From Atopobiaceae bacterium UBA5363 (lineage in GTDB: Bacteria > Actinomycetota > Coriobacteriia > Coriobacteriales > Atopobiaceae), in contig DHPN01000030.1 in NCBI GenBank assembly GCA_002407925.1, positions 3,209-67,208 on the forward strand: 64,000 nt of DNA. Reading direction: 5' to 3'. The notes below the pieces were generated by a model. The model saw only the letters and a list, made by a program, of their open reading frames with translations. It was not told the DNA's origin and searched no databases. Position numbers and translations under genes: made by a program. Of this stretch, positions 8,997-18,411 are shown piece by piece (the stretch's first letter is position 1; every line of letters begins with the position of its first letter).

Positions 8997-9779
8997 TTGA
9001 GTAATGCTTCGCACCTACGAGGGGACAACTTCAAAACGCGCGTCAAAACGCGCGTCGATCCTGACGCCGCACGCGCGCAGGCCGAGGGGGAAGCTCTTGC
9101 TCCCCGAGGAACGCCGAGCAATCCTTCCAGCCAGGTTTTCACTGTTGCAAATGTCATTACCTTCTTTCGCTTTGCTTTGACGGTTGCTTTTCTCTGCTTT
9201 TTTGTGAACGGAGAGCATCGCGTCCTCGCTCTGATTTGCTATGGGGTTGCAGCATCAACTGACTTCCTCGATGGACAAATTGCTAGGCGTACACAGACAG
9301 TTAGCTGGCTTGGCAAGCTCATGGATCCTATCATGGACCGCATCCTCCTTTTTACGGGGGTGCTAGGGCTGATGATTACTGGTGAGTTGCCGATTTGGAT
9401 TGCTGTTTTCATAATCGGTCGAGATACCTATCTCGCAATTGGTGCCATGGTGCTTCAGAAGTACCGTCGTCGTCCCGTTGATGTCGTTTTTATCGGCAAG
9501 GTGACCACGGCGCTTTTGATGACAGGCTTTTGCGACTTGCTTCTCGGCGTACCGAAGGTGCCCGGGTTAGGGCTCATTGACGTCTCCTGGCTTCCAGGTT
9601 TTGGGTCTTCAGTGGCCATTTTGGGAGTTTGGTTTGTCTATGCCGGAGTGATTTGCTCAGCTATAACCGCTGTCATCTATACCAAAGAGGGGTTTTTTTT
9701 CAAAAGGGAGCGGCTCGCAGGCCATGATGTGGAAAGCTCTGAATCTAATGAGCGTGCGCGAGAGGCCATCAAGCAATGA
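8997..9779 (+). CDS. CDP-alcohol phosphatidyltransferase (PgsA2/cardiolipin-synthase-like)
   Basis: TVANVITFFR and TDFLDGQIARR...LGKLMDPIMDR signature. Start uncertain. Confidence 0.88.
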   Translation: MSNASHLRGDNFKTRVKTRVDPDAARAQAEGEALAPRGTPSNPSSQVFTVANVITFFRFALTVAFLCFFVNGEHRVLALICYGVAASTDFLDGQIARRTQTVSWLGKLMDPIMDRILLFTGVLGLMITGELPIWIAVFIIGRDTYLAIGAMVLQKYRRRPVDVVFIGKVTTALLMTGFCDLLLGVPKVPGLGLIDVSWLPGFGSSVAILGVWFVYAGVICSAITAVIYTKEGFFFKRERLAGHDVESSESNERAREAIKQ

Positions 9780-10645
9780 GTGACCCCATGCCACAAACAC
9801 TTAGCGAACTCTGTGAGGTACTTCGTCCAGAGCATGAATTGCTCGGCGCGAGATTTGGGCACCTCGACAAGATCGCCGCAATGATTCCCTTGTCATATGT
9901 CTGCCCGGAAGAAGAGGAAGGGGCCTTCAACAAGAAGGCTGCGCTCGTTGACCTGTCAGGTTTGCCAACTATTTTACAGTCCGGGAAGACTGCGGTTCCT
10001 TTTACGGAGATGACCTATGCAGGAAACAAGCTCGCGGTAGGGCAGTGTGCCTTTGAGGCACTGCTTTTAGGTGACGGAACACTGGCAAGCATCTCCCTTC
10101 TTGCTCGCAGCGGAGACAAGGAGTTCGTCAGCTGGTGCGTTCCTGTGCGCGCAGCTGTGACCTTCGCTTGGCTGCAATTCTTGCTGCGTTCTGCTGGAAA
10201 GACAGGCCAGCCATTCCAGGGGCTTGAAATACACGACGTCTCTTCCAAGTTGCTGCCTCTTTTGCTTGCTGGCCCTTCCTCATCCAACGTGCTTTCTGAC
10301 TATTTGGGAGAGCAGCAGCTGCCCACATCAGGGCAGACTGCTAATCTGTACCTCGATAAGATACTTTGTCTTGTTGTAGCTCTTCCTGCGGCTCTGGCAC
10401 CGTCATACCTTTTGCTCGTGCCTCCAGTTGCTGCCCGGGTGTTGTGGCGAAGCCTGCTTTCCTTCCAAGAAGTGGTGCCAGTGGGAAGGCTTGCTGCAAA
10501 AGCATGGGCAGAAGATGCGTTGCCATGGCTGACTTGGGTCTCAACAAAAGATCAGGTTATAAAATCGATGTCAGAGCTTCACGATGCGCAGGTTTTACGT
10601 TCCGGGCATGACTTTATAGGTGCCCGAGGTCTTTTGTCACGCTGA
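9776..10645 (+). CDS. Divergent aminomethyltransferase (GcvT)-like folate-binding-domain protein
   Basis: HELLGARF, AALVDLS, GQCAFEALL-GDGTL, IHDVS...LLAGPSSSNVL and DFIGARGL follow the GcvT layout; no C-terminal barrel. Confidence 0.65.
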   Translation: MSDPMPQTLSELCEVLRPEHELLGARFGHLDKIAAMIPLSYVCPEEEEGAFNKKAALVDLSGLPTILQSGKTAVPFTEMTYAGNKLAVGQCAFEALLLGDGTLASISLLARSGDKEFVSWCVPVRAAVTFAWLQFLLRSAGKTGQPFQGLEIHDVSSKLLPLLLAGPSSSNVLSDYLGEQQLPTSGQTANLYLDKILCLVVALPAALAPSYLLLVPPVAARVLWRSLLSFQEVVPVGRLAAKAWAEDALPWLTWVSTKDQVIKSMSELHDAQVLRSGHDFIGARGLLSR

Positions 10646-10671
10646 ATGCTTCATGACAGGGGGACTGAGCT

Positions 10672-11052
10672 TTGAAATACTCTATTACTGCAGCGGCAGC
10701 GCCAGAAACTATCGGCCCTTACTCGCAGGGGACAACGGCCGGCAGGCTTGTCTTCACGTCAGGGCAACTTCCAATCGATCCTGATGACCCTCACAGCCTT
10801 GTGGAGGGAGGCATGCGTGAGCAGGCAGAGCGTATACTAGAGATTACCTCCATATTGCTTTCAGAAGCTGGCTGTATGCTGTCTGATGTGGCGAAGACGA
10901 CCGTCTATCTTGTCAATTTTGAGGATCTTGACACTTTTGATGAGGTGTATGAGCGTTATTTTACGACGCCTTTTCCAGCCCGAAGTATAGTGAAAATCTC
11001 TGAGTTGCCTTTAGGCTCTTTGGTTGAGATGGACTGTATTGCCTGCCGCTAG
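10672..11052 (+). CDS. RidA family enamine/imine deaminase
   Basis: APETIGPYSQG, FTSGQLPIDP, FPARS (catalytic Arg), LVEMDCIA. Confidence 0.9.
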   Translation: MKYSITAAAAPETIGPYSQGTTAGRLVFTSGQLPIDPDDPHSLVEGGMREQAERILEITSILLSEAGCMLSDVAKTTVYLVNFEDLDTFDEVYERYFTTPFPARSIVKISELPLGSLVEMDCIACR

Positions 11053-11114
11053 TTAAGGCACAGGTTGAGCTACAATAAGAAGGCAATTCCACATAATTCA
11101 TGAGGGGAGCCTAC

Positions 11115-11546
11115 ATGCAACCCACAGCCAACAATGACATGGGGGCAACAGAGATTTTCCGCATGCCGTCACCGGATTCTACTGTTCCTGACCTTACCAG
11201 TGCTGGAGCACGCAATCGTCCGACGCTTGCCATTGTCAAGGGGCCGGAGACAGGTGCTCTGTTTGTCTTGAAAGATGACATTACGACGCTTGGTCGGGAT
11301 CCGAGCAACGATGTCTTCCTGAATGACATGACAGTTTCACGGCATCATGCAAAGATCGATCTGCGGGGCATGTCTTCTGGGTTGGCGACGATTGAAGACC
11401 TCGGCTCGCTCAATGGCACATGGGTGAATGGCGCAATTGTGAACAAAGCAAGCCTAAAGGATGGGTCAACAGTCCAAATTGGCACGTTCCGGATGGTTTT
11501 TCATATCAATTCTTCACGTCCTGCAAGGATTGAGACTGGGGCGTAG
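11115..11546 (+). CDS. FHA domain protein (GarA/OdhI-like)
   Basis: LGRDPSNDVFLNDMTVSRHHA, DLGSLNGTWVNG, VQIGTF. N-terminal ATEIFR resembles GarA TTSVFR. ATG 11115 lies after GAGGGGAG. Confidence 0.88.
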   Translation: MQPTANNDMGATEIFRMPSPDSTVPDLTSAGARNRPTLAIVKGPETGALFVLKDDITTLGRDPSNDVFLNDMTVSRHHAKIDLRGMSSGLATIEDLGSLNGTWVNGAIVNKASLKDGSTVQIGTFRMVFHINSSRPARIETGA

Positions 11547-11550
11547 CCTT

Positions 11551-12321
11551 ATGTCAGAGGCAGGATATCTCACAATCGGCAAGGTAGTTAAGCGCTTGCA
11601 GGATCGTTACCCGGACCTTTCTGTTTCCAAGGTGCGCTACCTAGAAGACGAGGGGCTGCTTGCTCCCGCGCGTACGCCAGGTGGCTATCGCCTGTACTCT
11701 CAGCATGACGTCCGCCGCTTAGAGACCATCTTGTATTTGCAAAAAAATCGTTTCTTGCCCCTTTCAGTTATAAAGGAGCGGCTCGAGCAGCACCAAAGCG
11801 AGACGCTTCCTGCTGGAGCCCCACGTTCTACCGATGAGCTTGATGAGTTCAGGACTCTGGAAGCCACCGATGACGCCCAGACGCGCGAGAAGCTTCATCC
11901 CATTGACACTATGCCAGAAACTCTTGGCGTCTCTGTCGGGTTTGTCCAACAGCTCGCTGAAGTCGGCGCCATTGATCTTTCGCGCTCTCCGCACGGGCGT
12001 GATCTGGTCGATGGGCATGATTTTCCCCTTATACGCATCTGTGACGAGCTTCGCCACTACGGTATTGGCCCGAAGAACCTTCGTCAGTACGTACAGGCTG
12101 CTAGACGTGAGAGTGGCCTTTTTGATCAAGCTCTTGTGCCCTATGCCCATAAGGGAAGTACCGTGTCTGCACCTACTGATGAGACGCGGGAACAGTTTAA
12201 TCTGGCATTCACCCATATGCTTAAGCTTACCAATCAGGTGCGCGATTTCCTTATTCGCAAACAAATACGTCAGGAATACAAGGAGATGGAGCCCTCTGAA
12301 GATGGCCCCACCACCGCGTAG
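11551..12321 (+). CDS. MerR family regulator (Rv1828/FtsR-like)
   Basis: YLTIGKVVKRLQDRYPDLSVSKVRYLEDEGLLAPARTPGGYRLYS...FLPLSVIKERL; lies directly after the FHA gene. Confidence 0.88.
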   Translation: MSEAGYLTIGKVVKRLQDRYPDLSVSKVRYLEDEGLLAPARTPGGYRLYSQHDVRRLETILYLQKNRFLPLSVIKERLEQHQSETLPAGAPRSTDELDEFRTLEATDDAQTREKLHPIDTMPETLGVSVGFVQQLAEVGAIDLSRSPHGRDLVDGHDFPLIRICDELRHYGIGPKNLRQYVQAARRESGLFDQALVPYAHKGSTVSAPTDETREQFNLAFTHMLKLTNQVRDFLIRKQIRQEYKEMEPSEDGPTTA

Positions 12322-12350
12322 ATACAAAACAACAACGAAAGGACCTATCC

Positions 12351-12884
12351 GTGCCTGACACTGACCTTGAGAGTCTCATCATAGACATACCTGACTATCC
12401 TGAGCCAGGAGTGATTTTTAAGGACATCACACCTTTGATGGCAGACCCCGCAGGCCTAGCCACTTCAATTGACGACATAGCGGATCATTTCATGCATAAG
12501 GGGATAACAAAGGTCGTTGGCGCGGAAGCGCGCGGCTTTCTTGTGGGAGCTCCTGTTGCATATCGCCTTGGTGCAGGATTCGTCCCTGCTCGCAAGCCGG
12601 GCAAGCTGCCGCGTGAGGTTTACTCACAGCAGTATGCGCTCGAGTATGGTACAGATGAGTTACAGATTCATAAGGATGCCCTCAAGTCTGAGGATAAGGT
12701 TCTTATAGTTGATGACCTTGTTGCCACAGGAGGAACAGCTGTGGCAACCGCAAAGCTTGTCGAGCAGTCAGGCGCCGAGGTGGAAGGATTCTCATTCATT
12801 CTTGAGCTTTCTTATCTAAATCCTCGTGAGACCATTGCAAAACAGTATAACGAAGAAGTCTATACACTGATTAAGGTCAAGTAG
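12351..12884 (+). CDS. apt: Adenine phosphoribosyltransferase
   Basis: DYPEPGVIFKDITPL, EARGF, RKPGKLP, LEYG, VLIVDDLVATGGT. Confidence 0.97.
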   Translation: MPDTDLESLIIDIPDYPEPGVIFKDITPLMADPAGLATSIDDIADHFMHKGITKVVGAEARGFLVGAPVAYRLGAGFVPARKPGKLPREVYSQQYALEYGTDELQIHKDALKSEDKVLIVDDLVATGGTAVATAKLVEQSGAEVEGFSFILELSYLNPRETIAKQYNEEVYTLIKVK

Positions 12885-13029
12885 GCTAGGACACACCTAT
12901 CTGTTGCTCATTCCTTAAGGTCGATGTGGGCTTTATGGCAGTCGTGAAAGGCCGCTATACTACGGTACTGTACCTTCCAATCGAGTAGGAGTATCTGCCA
13001 GCGCATATATCTGCAACGAAGAGGTTTTT

Positions 13030-14196
13030 ATGCATATAGGTAAAAAAGCAATCGCAGCAGGGCTTGCTATCGCGCTTAGTATGGGAATTTGCATATCACC
13101 AGCGTTTGCGGTGACGCAGTCGGATCTTGACGCAGCGCAGGCCAAGCTATCATCTCTCGCAGATGGTCTTGAGCCACTTGAGCAGCAGCTCACAGACCAA
13201 GAAGCCTCGCTTAACGAGACTGCTTCGGCCATAAGTGACAAGCAAGCTGAAATCGATGATACGACGCAAAAGCTCTCTGCCGCACGCGATACGCTGAGCG
13301 CCCGCATGCGTGCGAATTATAAAAGTGGCGGCACATCGCTACTCTCAGTGATTTTCGGCTCTTCAAGCGCCGAGGACCTTGTCTCAAATATCTATTATGC
13401 CGACAAGATCTCTGATCAAGACGCCCAGACCATAGAGACGGTAAAAGATCTTGAGGACCAGCTAAATTCTGAAAAAAATGAGCTTGAACAACAACAAGAT
13501 GAGCAACAGCAGACATTGTCTGATACCCAGTCCCAGGCTCAAGAGTATCAAGCAAAGGTGGCTGAGGCGCAGGCTTATTACGATTCTCTCGACTCAGAAT
13601 TACAACAAGAAATTGCAGTGCAGGCAGCAGATAATGCCTCAAGTTCTGCAGCTACTGTTACCCAGGCTATACAAACGGTAGCGCCTTCGACGACGGCTAC
13701 CGCAACTGATGATACAGACGATGACACAAGCACCGGTGGTGGCACGAGTAACTCTTATACCGGCTCGTCTTCTTCTACAAACTCTAGCTCCAACTCTAAT
13801 TCAAGCTCTAGCGAAAGCTCTTCCGGCTCATCCAGCTCCAGCAGCAGCGGTGGCAATGCCATAGAAGGTGGCGGCCTGAGTGCTGCATATGCTGCGAGAG
13901 GGTCGCGCTATGTCTGGGGTGCGACTGGCCCTGACACCTTTGATTGCTCCGGCCTCGTGTGTTACTGCTATGGCTATGCTCGAGGTCGCACGACCTACGA
14001 AATGATTGCATCGCTGCAGGCCTCAGGTGACTGGAAGACCAGTCGCAGTGAGCTTTCGGTCGGAGATCTTGTATTTCCAAGTTCGGGACATGTTGGCATC
14101 TATATTGGCAATGGTCAAATGATTCATGCGCCTCATCCTGGAGCCAAAGTATGTATTGGTTCTGTCTACTCCTTCATCGGTGGCGGTACCTATTAA
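13030..14196 (+). CDS. Secreted NlpC/P60 peptidoglycan endopeptidase with coiled coil (CwlO/RipA-like)
   Basis: Signal peptide (…SPAFA), coiled coil, Ser/Thr linker, YVWGATGPDTFDCSGL, HVGIY, MIHAP. Confidence 0.92.
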   Translation: MHIGKKAIAAGLAIALSMGICISPAFAVTQSDLDAAQAKLSSLADGLEPLEQQLTDQEASLNETASAISDKQAEIDDTTQKLSAARDTLSARMRANYKSGGTSLLSVIFGSSSAEDLVSNIYYADKISDQDAQTIETVKDLEDQLNSEKNELEQQQDEQQQTLSDTQSQAQEYQAKVAEAQAYYDSLDSELQQEIAVQAADNASSSAATVTQAIQTVAPSTTATATDDTDDDTSTGGGTSNSYTGSSSSTNSSSNSNSSSSESSSGSSSSSSSGGNAIEGGGLSAAYAARGSRYVWGATGPDTFDCSGLVCYCYGYARGRTTYEMIASLQASGDWKTSRSELSVGDLVFPSSGHVGIYIGNGQMIHAPHPGAKVCIGSVYSFIGGGTY

Positions 14197-14197
14197 G

Positions 14198-15808
14198 ATG
14201 CCGGAGTCTGAGGCATCTCAATCGTTAAAAAAAAGGTTTTCTTCGCGTTACCAGCTTGTCTTGGTTGGTGAAGGTCTGCTGGTAGGGATATTCGGCGGTG
14301 CGGCTGTAACGCTGTATCGCATGTCCCTTTCAGCTGCCGAGAGGTTCTTGCGCTTTATCACAGGTCTTGCTGTGGGGCATCCTCTGGCGGTTGTCGGCTG
14401 GTTTGCAGTACTTGCTGTTCTCTGTTTTATCGTCTGCCGCTTGATGCTGTGGGAGCCCTATACGCAGGGATCAGGCATTCCCCAGACGGATGCCGAAGTG
14501 ATGGGCCGCATCAACATGCCATGGCATCGTGTCATGGTAGCGAAGTTTGTTGAGGGCACGCTCTGTGCATTTGGTGGGCTTTCGCTCGGTCGCGAGGGAC
14601 CAGCGGTGCAGCTTGGAGCAGTGTCAGGCAAGGCAGTCTCACGAGGCTTCAAGCGTGGAAGGGGAGAAGAGCGCCTTTTGATGACCTGCGGCGCTGCAGC
14701 AGGTATGTCAGCTGCATTCAGCGCTCCTTTGACGGGTGTTCTTTTTGCCTTGGAGGAGATCCACAAGGAATTTACAGCTCCTTTGATTTTGACGGTTATG
14801 GCCAGCTCAGTTGCTTCAGATTTTCTTGTGTCTCAAGTGCTTGGTGTAAGCCCTGTCCTCAAGCTTGTTTTTTTGAGGGATCTCCCTCACGCAGATTACT
14901 TAACCGTATGTGCCCTCGGTGTCGTTTGTGGCTTTCTCGGAGCTCTTCACAATAAAGGTATGTTCGATTGTCAGGATAAATTGTACGGTCGCATTAAGAA
15001 ATATCTGCCTTATTCACGGATTGCAATACCTTTTGCTATAGCTGGCGTGGCGGCGTTTGCATTTCCCCAGCTTATGTGTGGCGGCGATGCCATTATCGAG
15101 CTGATGACTTCGCATTACAACCAGCCACTTCTCTTACTTGTGGGATTGTTGGTGGGAAAATATTTGTTTACAACTGTGAGTTTTGCTTCAGGTGCGCCAG
15201 GAGGAACGCTGTTCCCTCTAGTTGTGATGGGTGTCTTGATTGGCGCTATCTTTGGCACGTGCGTCATAGACCTGACAGGCATGCCACAGGAATATATTGC
15301 GAACTTTGTCGTTATGGGCGTAGCAGGGTTGTTTGCAGGGGTTGTACGTGCTCCAGTAACGGCTGTCGTACTTGCGTTCGAGCTGACGGGAAGCCTTGAT
15401 GCGTTGCTTTCCGTGACCATCGTTTCTATTATTGCTTTTCTTGTGGCCAATTTGCTTGAGATAGATCCTTTCTATGAGCATTTGCTTGCCAACCTTCTTG
15501 GCTCTACGCCCCATGATCCCCAGTCAAACGGCAAAGCTGGTGAGAAGGTTCTGCACAGCTGCTGGGTTGGCGCTGGTAGTCAACTTGAGGGCAAGCTCAT
15601 CCGAGATATCGATTGGCCTCGCGATGTACGTGTCGTTACCGTTGATCGCGCAGGGCAAGAAATCGTGCCTACAGGCTCAACGCGACTTTTGGCACTCGAT
15701 GAAATCTTGCTGATCATGAACACCGACACAGAGGACGAAAGCCAAGAGTGGGTCTGGAATGTTTCACGAGGGTCCATTACGAGTCAGAACTTTCCTCGTT
15801 CTACATGA
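14198..15808 (+). CDS. ClC H+/Cl- antiporter with C-terminal TrkA-C-like domain
   Basis: GSGIP, GREGP (gating Glu), LEE (internal Glu), APGG; C-terminal GSQLEGKLIRDIDWP...VPTGSTRL. ATG 14198 chosen as start. Confidence 0.9.
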   Translation: MPESEASQSLKKRFSSRYQLVLVGEGLLVGIFGGAAVTLYRMSLSAAERFLRFITGLAVGHPLAVVGWFAVLAVLCFIVCRLMLWEPYTQGSGIPQTDAEVMGRINMPWHRVMVAKFVEGTLCAFGGLSLGREGPAVQLGAVSGKAVSRGFKRGRGEERLLMTCGAAAGMSAAFSAPLTGVLFALEEIHKEFTAPLILTVMASSVASDFLVSQVLGVSPVLKLVFLRDLPHADYLTVCALGVVCGFLGALHNKGMFDCQDKLYGRIKKYLPYSRIAIPFAIAGVAAFAFPQLMCGGDAIIELMTSHYNQPLLLLVGLLVGKYLFTTVSFASGAPGGTLFPLVVMGVLIGAIFGTCVIDLTGMPQEYIANFVVMGVAGLFAGVVRAPVTAVVLAFELTGSLDALLSVTIVSIIAFLVANLLEIDPFYEHLLANLLGSTPHDPQSNGKAGEKVLHSCWVGAGSQLEGKLIRDIDWPRDVRVVTVDRAGQEIVPTGSTRLLALDEILLIMNTDTEDESQEWVWNVSRGSITSQNFPRST

Positions 15809-15843
15809 TTGATTAATCAAAAGGGTGAGTGGACGCAGAAGAA

Positions 15844-15876
15844 AAAAGGGGAAGGTGTTAAAATCCTTCTCCTTTT
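15844..15876 (+). terminator. Hairpin after ClC gene
   Basis: AAAAGGGGAAGG / CCTTCTCCTTTT stem with one G-U pair. Confidence 0.5.
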
Positions 15877-15892
15877 CCCAGTAATATGTATT

Positions 15893-15920
15893 ACTTTACA
15901 TAATATATATTATCGTAGTT
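15893..15920 (-). other. dif: dif site (XerC/XerD chromosome dimer resolution site)
   Basis: Minus strand reads AACTACGATAA-TATATA-TTATGTAAAGT in 11-6-11 layout, with a near-canonical XerD arm. It is intergenic and sits at the gene-orientation switch. Confidence 0.9.
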
Positions 15921-15967
15921 TTAAAATGAGTGATACGACGAGCCTTGCAGCAGGCTCTATTTCAGAT

Positions 15968-16906
15968 TTACCCTTCAACTGGCTGTCCGAGATATGCCGC
16001 AACCGAATTTGCCGCACAAGCGCCGTCTGCCGTAGCTGTTACGATTTGTCTCAATGGTTTTTGACGGACATCGCCTGCAGCGAACAGGCCAGCCACATTG
16101 GTCTCCATACGATCGTTAGTAATCACATAGCCACGCTCATCGAGCTTGACAAAATTTTTTACAAGGTCTGTGGCTGGGACTCTGCCGACAAAAACGAACA
16201 CGCCGAATGACCCTTCTTCATAAGTCTCTGTTGTCTCTTTGTCGGAGGCATTATCGCGAAAGGTCACGGTGCGCAGAAGCTTGTCCCCCTCTACCTTTAC
16301 GATACTAGTTAGGTACCTAATTAATATCTTAGGATTCTCTTTCAGCTTCTTTGCTATGGAAGCTTGAGCGCGCAGATGGTCTTTTCTGACGACAATCGTG
16401 ACGCTGTTGGCAAAACGCGTCAGGAAAAGCGCTTCCTCACAGGCCGAATTGCCACCACCAATGACGAAGACCTGCTTGTTGCGATAGAACATCCCGTCGC
16501 AGGTCGCGCAATATGAGATACCTCGACCCGCATAATCTTTTTCGCCTATGAAGCCCGCCTGCCGTGGTGTTGCACCGGTTGCGAGAATGATAGCTTTCGC
16601 ATTATAGGTCTCATCAGCGCTTCGAACAGAAAAACGCCCGTCTGGCAATTTCTTGATACTGTTGACGTCACTCATTGAGATCTTTGCGCCGAGATCGAGT
16701 GCCTGCTTCTGCATGAGATCTGACAAAGTGAAGCCATCTGTATGAGGAACACCAGGATAATTGTCGATCTCGTTTGTGAGAACCACTTGCCCGCCTATGG
16801 CTTCTTGCTCAACCAGCACAGCGTCTAGCAGAGCCCTTTGAGCATATATTGAAGCCGTGAGTCCGGCTGGACCTCCACCGACAATTACCAGGTCCTTGTC
16901 ACTCAT
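15968..16906 (-). CDS. trxB: Thioredoxin reductase
   Basis: GGGPAGL, GISYCATCDG, GGGNSA, GLFAAGDV. Confidence 0.93.
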   Translation of the reverse strand: MSDKDLVIVGGGPAGLTASIYAQRALLDAVLVEQEAIGGQVVLTNEIDNYPGVPHTDGFTLSDLMQKQALDLGAKISMSDVNSIKKLPDGRFSVRSADETYNAKAIILATGATPRQAGFIGEKDYAGRGISYCATCDGMFYRNKQVFVIGGGNSACEEALFLTRFANSVTIVVRKDHLRAQASIAKKLKENPKILIRYLTSIVKVEGDKLLRTVTFRDNASDKETTETYEEGSFGVFVFVGRVPATDLVKNFVKLDERGYVITNDRMETNVAGLFAAGDVRQKPLRQIVTATADGACAANSVAAYLGQPVEG

Positions 16907-16984
16907 GTATCGTTCTCCCTTCGTCTATACGAAATTATCTATGTAGTACCCGTTTGTAGATGCCATGAGTCTCAAAAGGCCATG

Positions 16985-17017
16985 GAACCCCACTGTTTCA
17001 ATAAAACAGTGGGGTTC
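16985..17017. terminator. 14-bp inverted repeat downstream of uracil permease
   Basis: GAACCCCACTGTTT/AAACAGTGGGGTTC with a 5-nt loop. Confidence 0.6.
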
Positions 17018-17093
17018 ATGCTAATGCGCGCCCTTGCGAACGAGTCACATCCCAAAAAAGAGTGGACGTCATGAGATGAGTGAGTCGAAGCTG

Positions 17094-18374
17094 TCAGGCG
17101 TCTTCATTATCGGATGCGTTTGCAGAGGCATTTGCCTGCGGCAGTATGAGATTTAACAGGATGCCGATGAGAGCTGAAGTCGCCATGCCAGGCAATGTGT
17201 AGTTCGCAATGGGGATGGATATGCCGGACGTTTCCATTCCCACACCGACGATGATGACGACAGACGCGATCATCAGATTGCGGTTTTCGTCGAAGTTAAC
17301 TTGGTTGGAAACGAGCATGCGCAAGCCGTTGCTTGCAATGAGGCCAAACAGAAGCAGACTCACTCCGCCCATGACAGGAGTCGGAATTGAGTTGATGAAC
17401 GCTGCGAGCTTTGGGCAAAATCCTCCAACGACAAGGGCGAAGCCTGCGGCATACCAAAAGACCTGCGTAGAATAAACACGTGTGACGCTCATGACGCCAA
17501 TGTTTTCTGCGTAGGTGGTGGTTGGTGGGCCTCCGAGAAAGCCTGAGATAACAGTTGCAATGCCATCACCGGCAAGTGAGCGCGGGAGCATAGGCCGGTA
17601 GTCCTTGCCGACGATCTCCCCCACTGCAAGAAGATGGCCTATGTGTTCGATGACAACGACGAGCGCCACTGGAGCGATCAGCGCAACCGCCCCGAGGTCA
17701 AAGGTGGGAGTCTGTATTGGTGGCAACCCGATCCATGCTGCACTGACAACAGGAGCGAGATCCACCAGGCCCAAAAGACATGCCACAAGATAGCCGACAA
17801 TGATCGCTAGCAAAACGGGTATCGTCCCAAAGAGTCCACCCATGCTTGAGAACACAACTGCCGCAAAAAGCGCGATGGTGGCCACGGCGGCGCCTATAGG
17901 CTGAAAGCTCTCTGTGGAGGAATTAAGCGCCATCTTGACCGCCGTTGCTGAGAGGCCAACGCCGATGACGATCATGACGGCCGCGACAAGTACAGGGGGC
18001 AGCAAGCGGTCAAGCCACTCAGTTCCTGCAAGTTTGATGATACCTGCAACAACAAGAAAAACAAGACCAGCTACAACAACTCCCGAAAGCGCAGTATGCA
18101 GATTGCCGGTAGCGGCTGTAGCGGCTAGGATGGGACTGATGAAGGCAAAGGAACTGCCAAGGTAGCTCGGTATTTTGTTGCGGGTCACAAGCAAATAGCA
18201 AATCGTTCCTATGCCTGAGCACATGATCGCAACATTGGGATTGAGCCCCGTAAGAGCCGGTACCAATACGGTGGAACCAAACATGCTCATCATGTGCTGA
18301 ATACCCAGCGGAATTGCCCGCGCCGTAGATATGCGCTCATCGACGCCAATGACCTGCCTTTGTCTATGTGCCAT
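17094..18374 (-). CDS. NCS2 uracil permease (UraA/PyrP-like)
   Basis: GIQHMMSMFGSTVLVP, YLGSSFAFI, IEHIGH, PTTTYAENIG. Start at ATG 18374. Confidence 0.9.
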   Translation of the reverse strand: MAHRQRQVIGVDERISTARAIPLGIQHMMSMFGSTVLVPALTGLNPNVAIMCSGIGTICYLLVTRNKIPSYLGSSFAFISPILAATAATGNLHTALSGVVVAGLVFLVVAGIIKLAGTEWLDRLLPPVLVAAVMIVIGVGLSATAVKMALNSSTESFQPIGAAVATIALFAAVVFSSMGGLFGTIPVLLAIIVGYLVACLLGLVDLAPVVSAAWIGLPPIQTPTFDLGAVALIAPVALVVVIEHIGHLLAVGEIVGKDYRPMLPRSLAGDGIATVISGFLGGPPTTTYAENIGVMSVTRVYSTQVFWYAAGFALVVGGFCPKLAAFINSIPTPVMGGVSLLLFGLIASNGLRMLVSNQVNFDENRNLMIASVVIIVGVGMETSGISIPIANYTLPGMATSALIGILLNLILPQANASANASDNEDA

Positions 18375-18411
18375 AGGCTCTTTCCTTTTCTTTCTATCGC
18401 GAATCTTGCTC

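Noticed and set aside
9031-9054. 12-bp tandem duplication TCAAAACGCGCG x2
   Set aside because: An in-frame two-copy duplication in a variable N-terminus; not an array.
12885-13029. c-di-AMP (ydaO) riboswitch expected upstream of NlpC/P60
   Set aside because: Conserved ydaO sequence blocks were not found.
13680-13850. Ser/Thr/Gly low-complexity repeats
   Set aside because: An ordinary flexible linker of the NlpC/P60 hydrolase.
15809-16210. 133-aa + ORF after ClC
   Set aside because: It overlaps trxB antisense and runs through the dif site and a hairpin, with no recognisable motifs.
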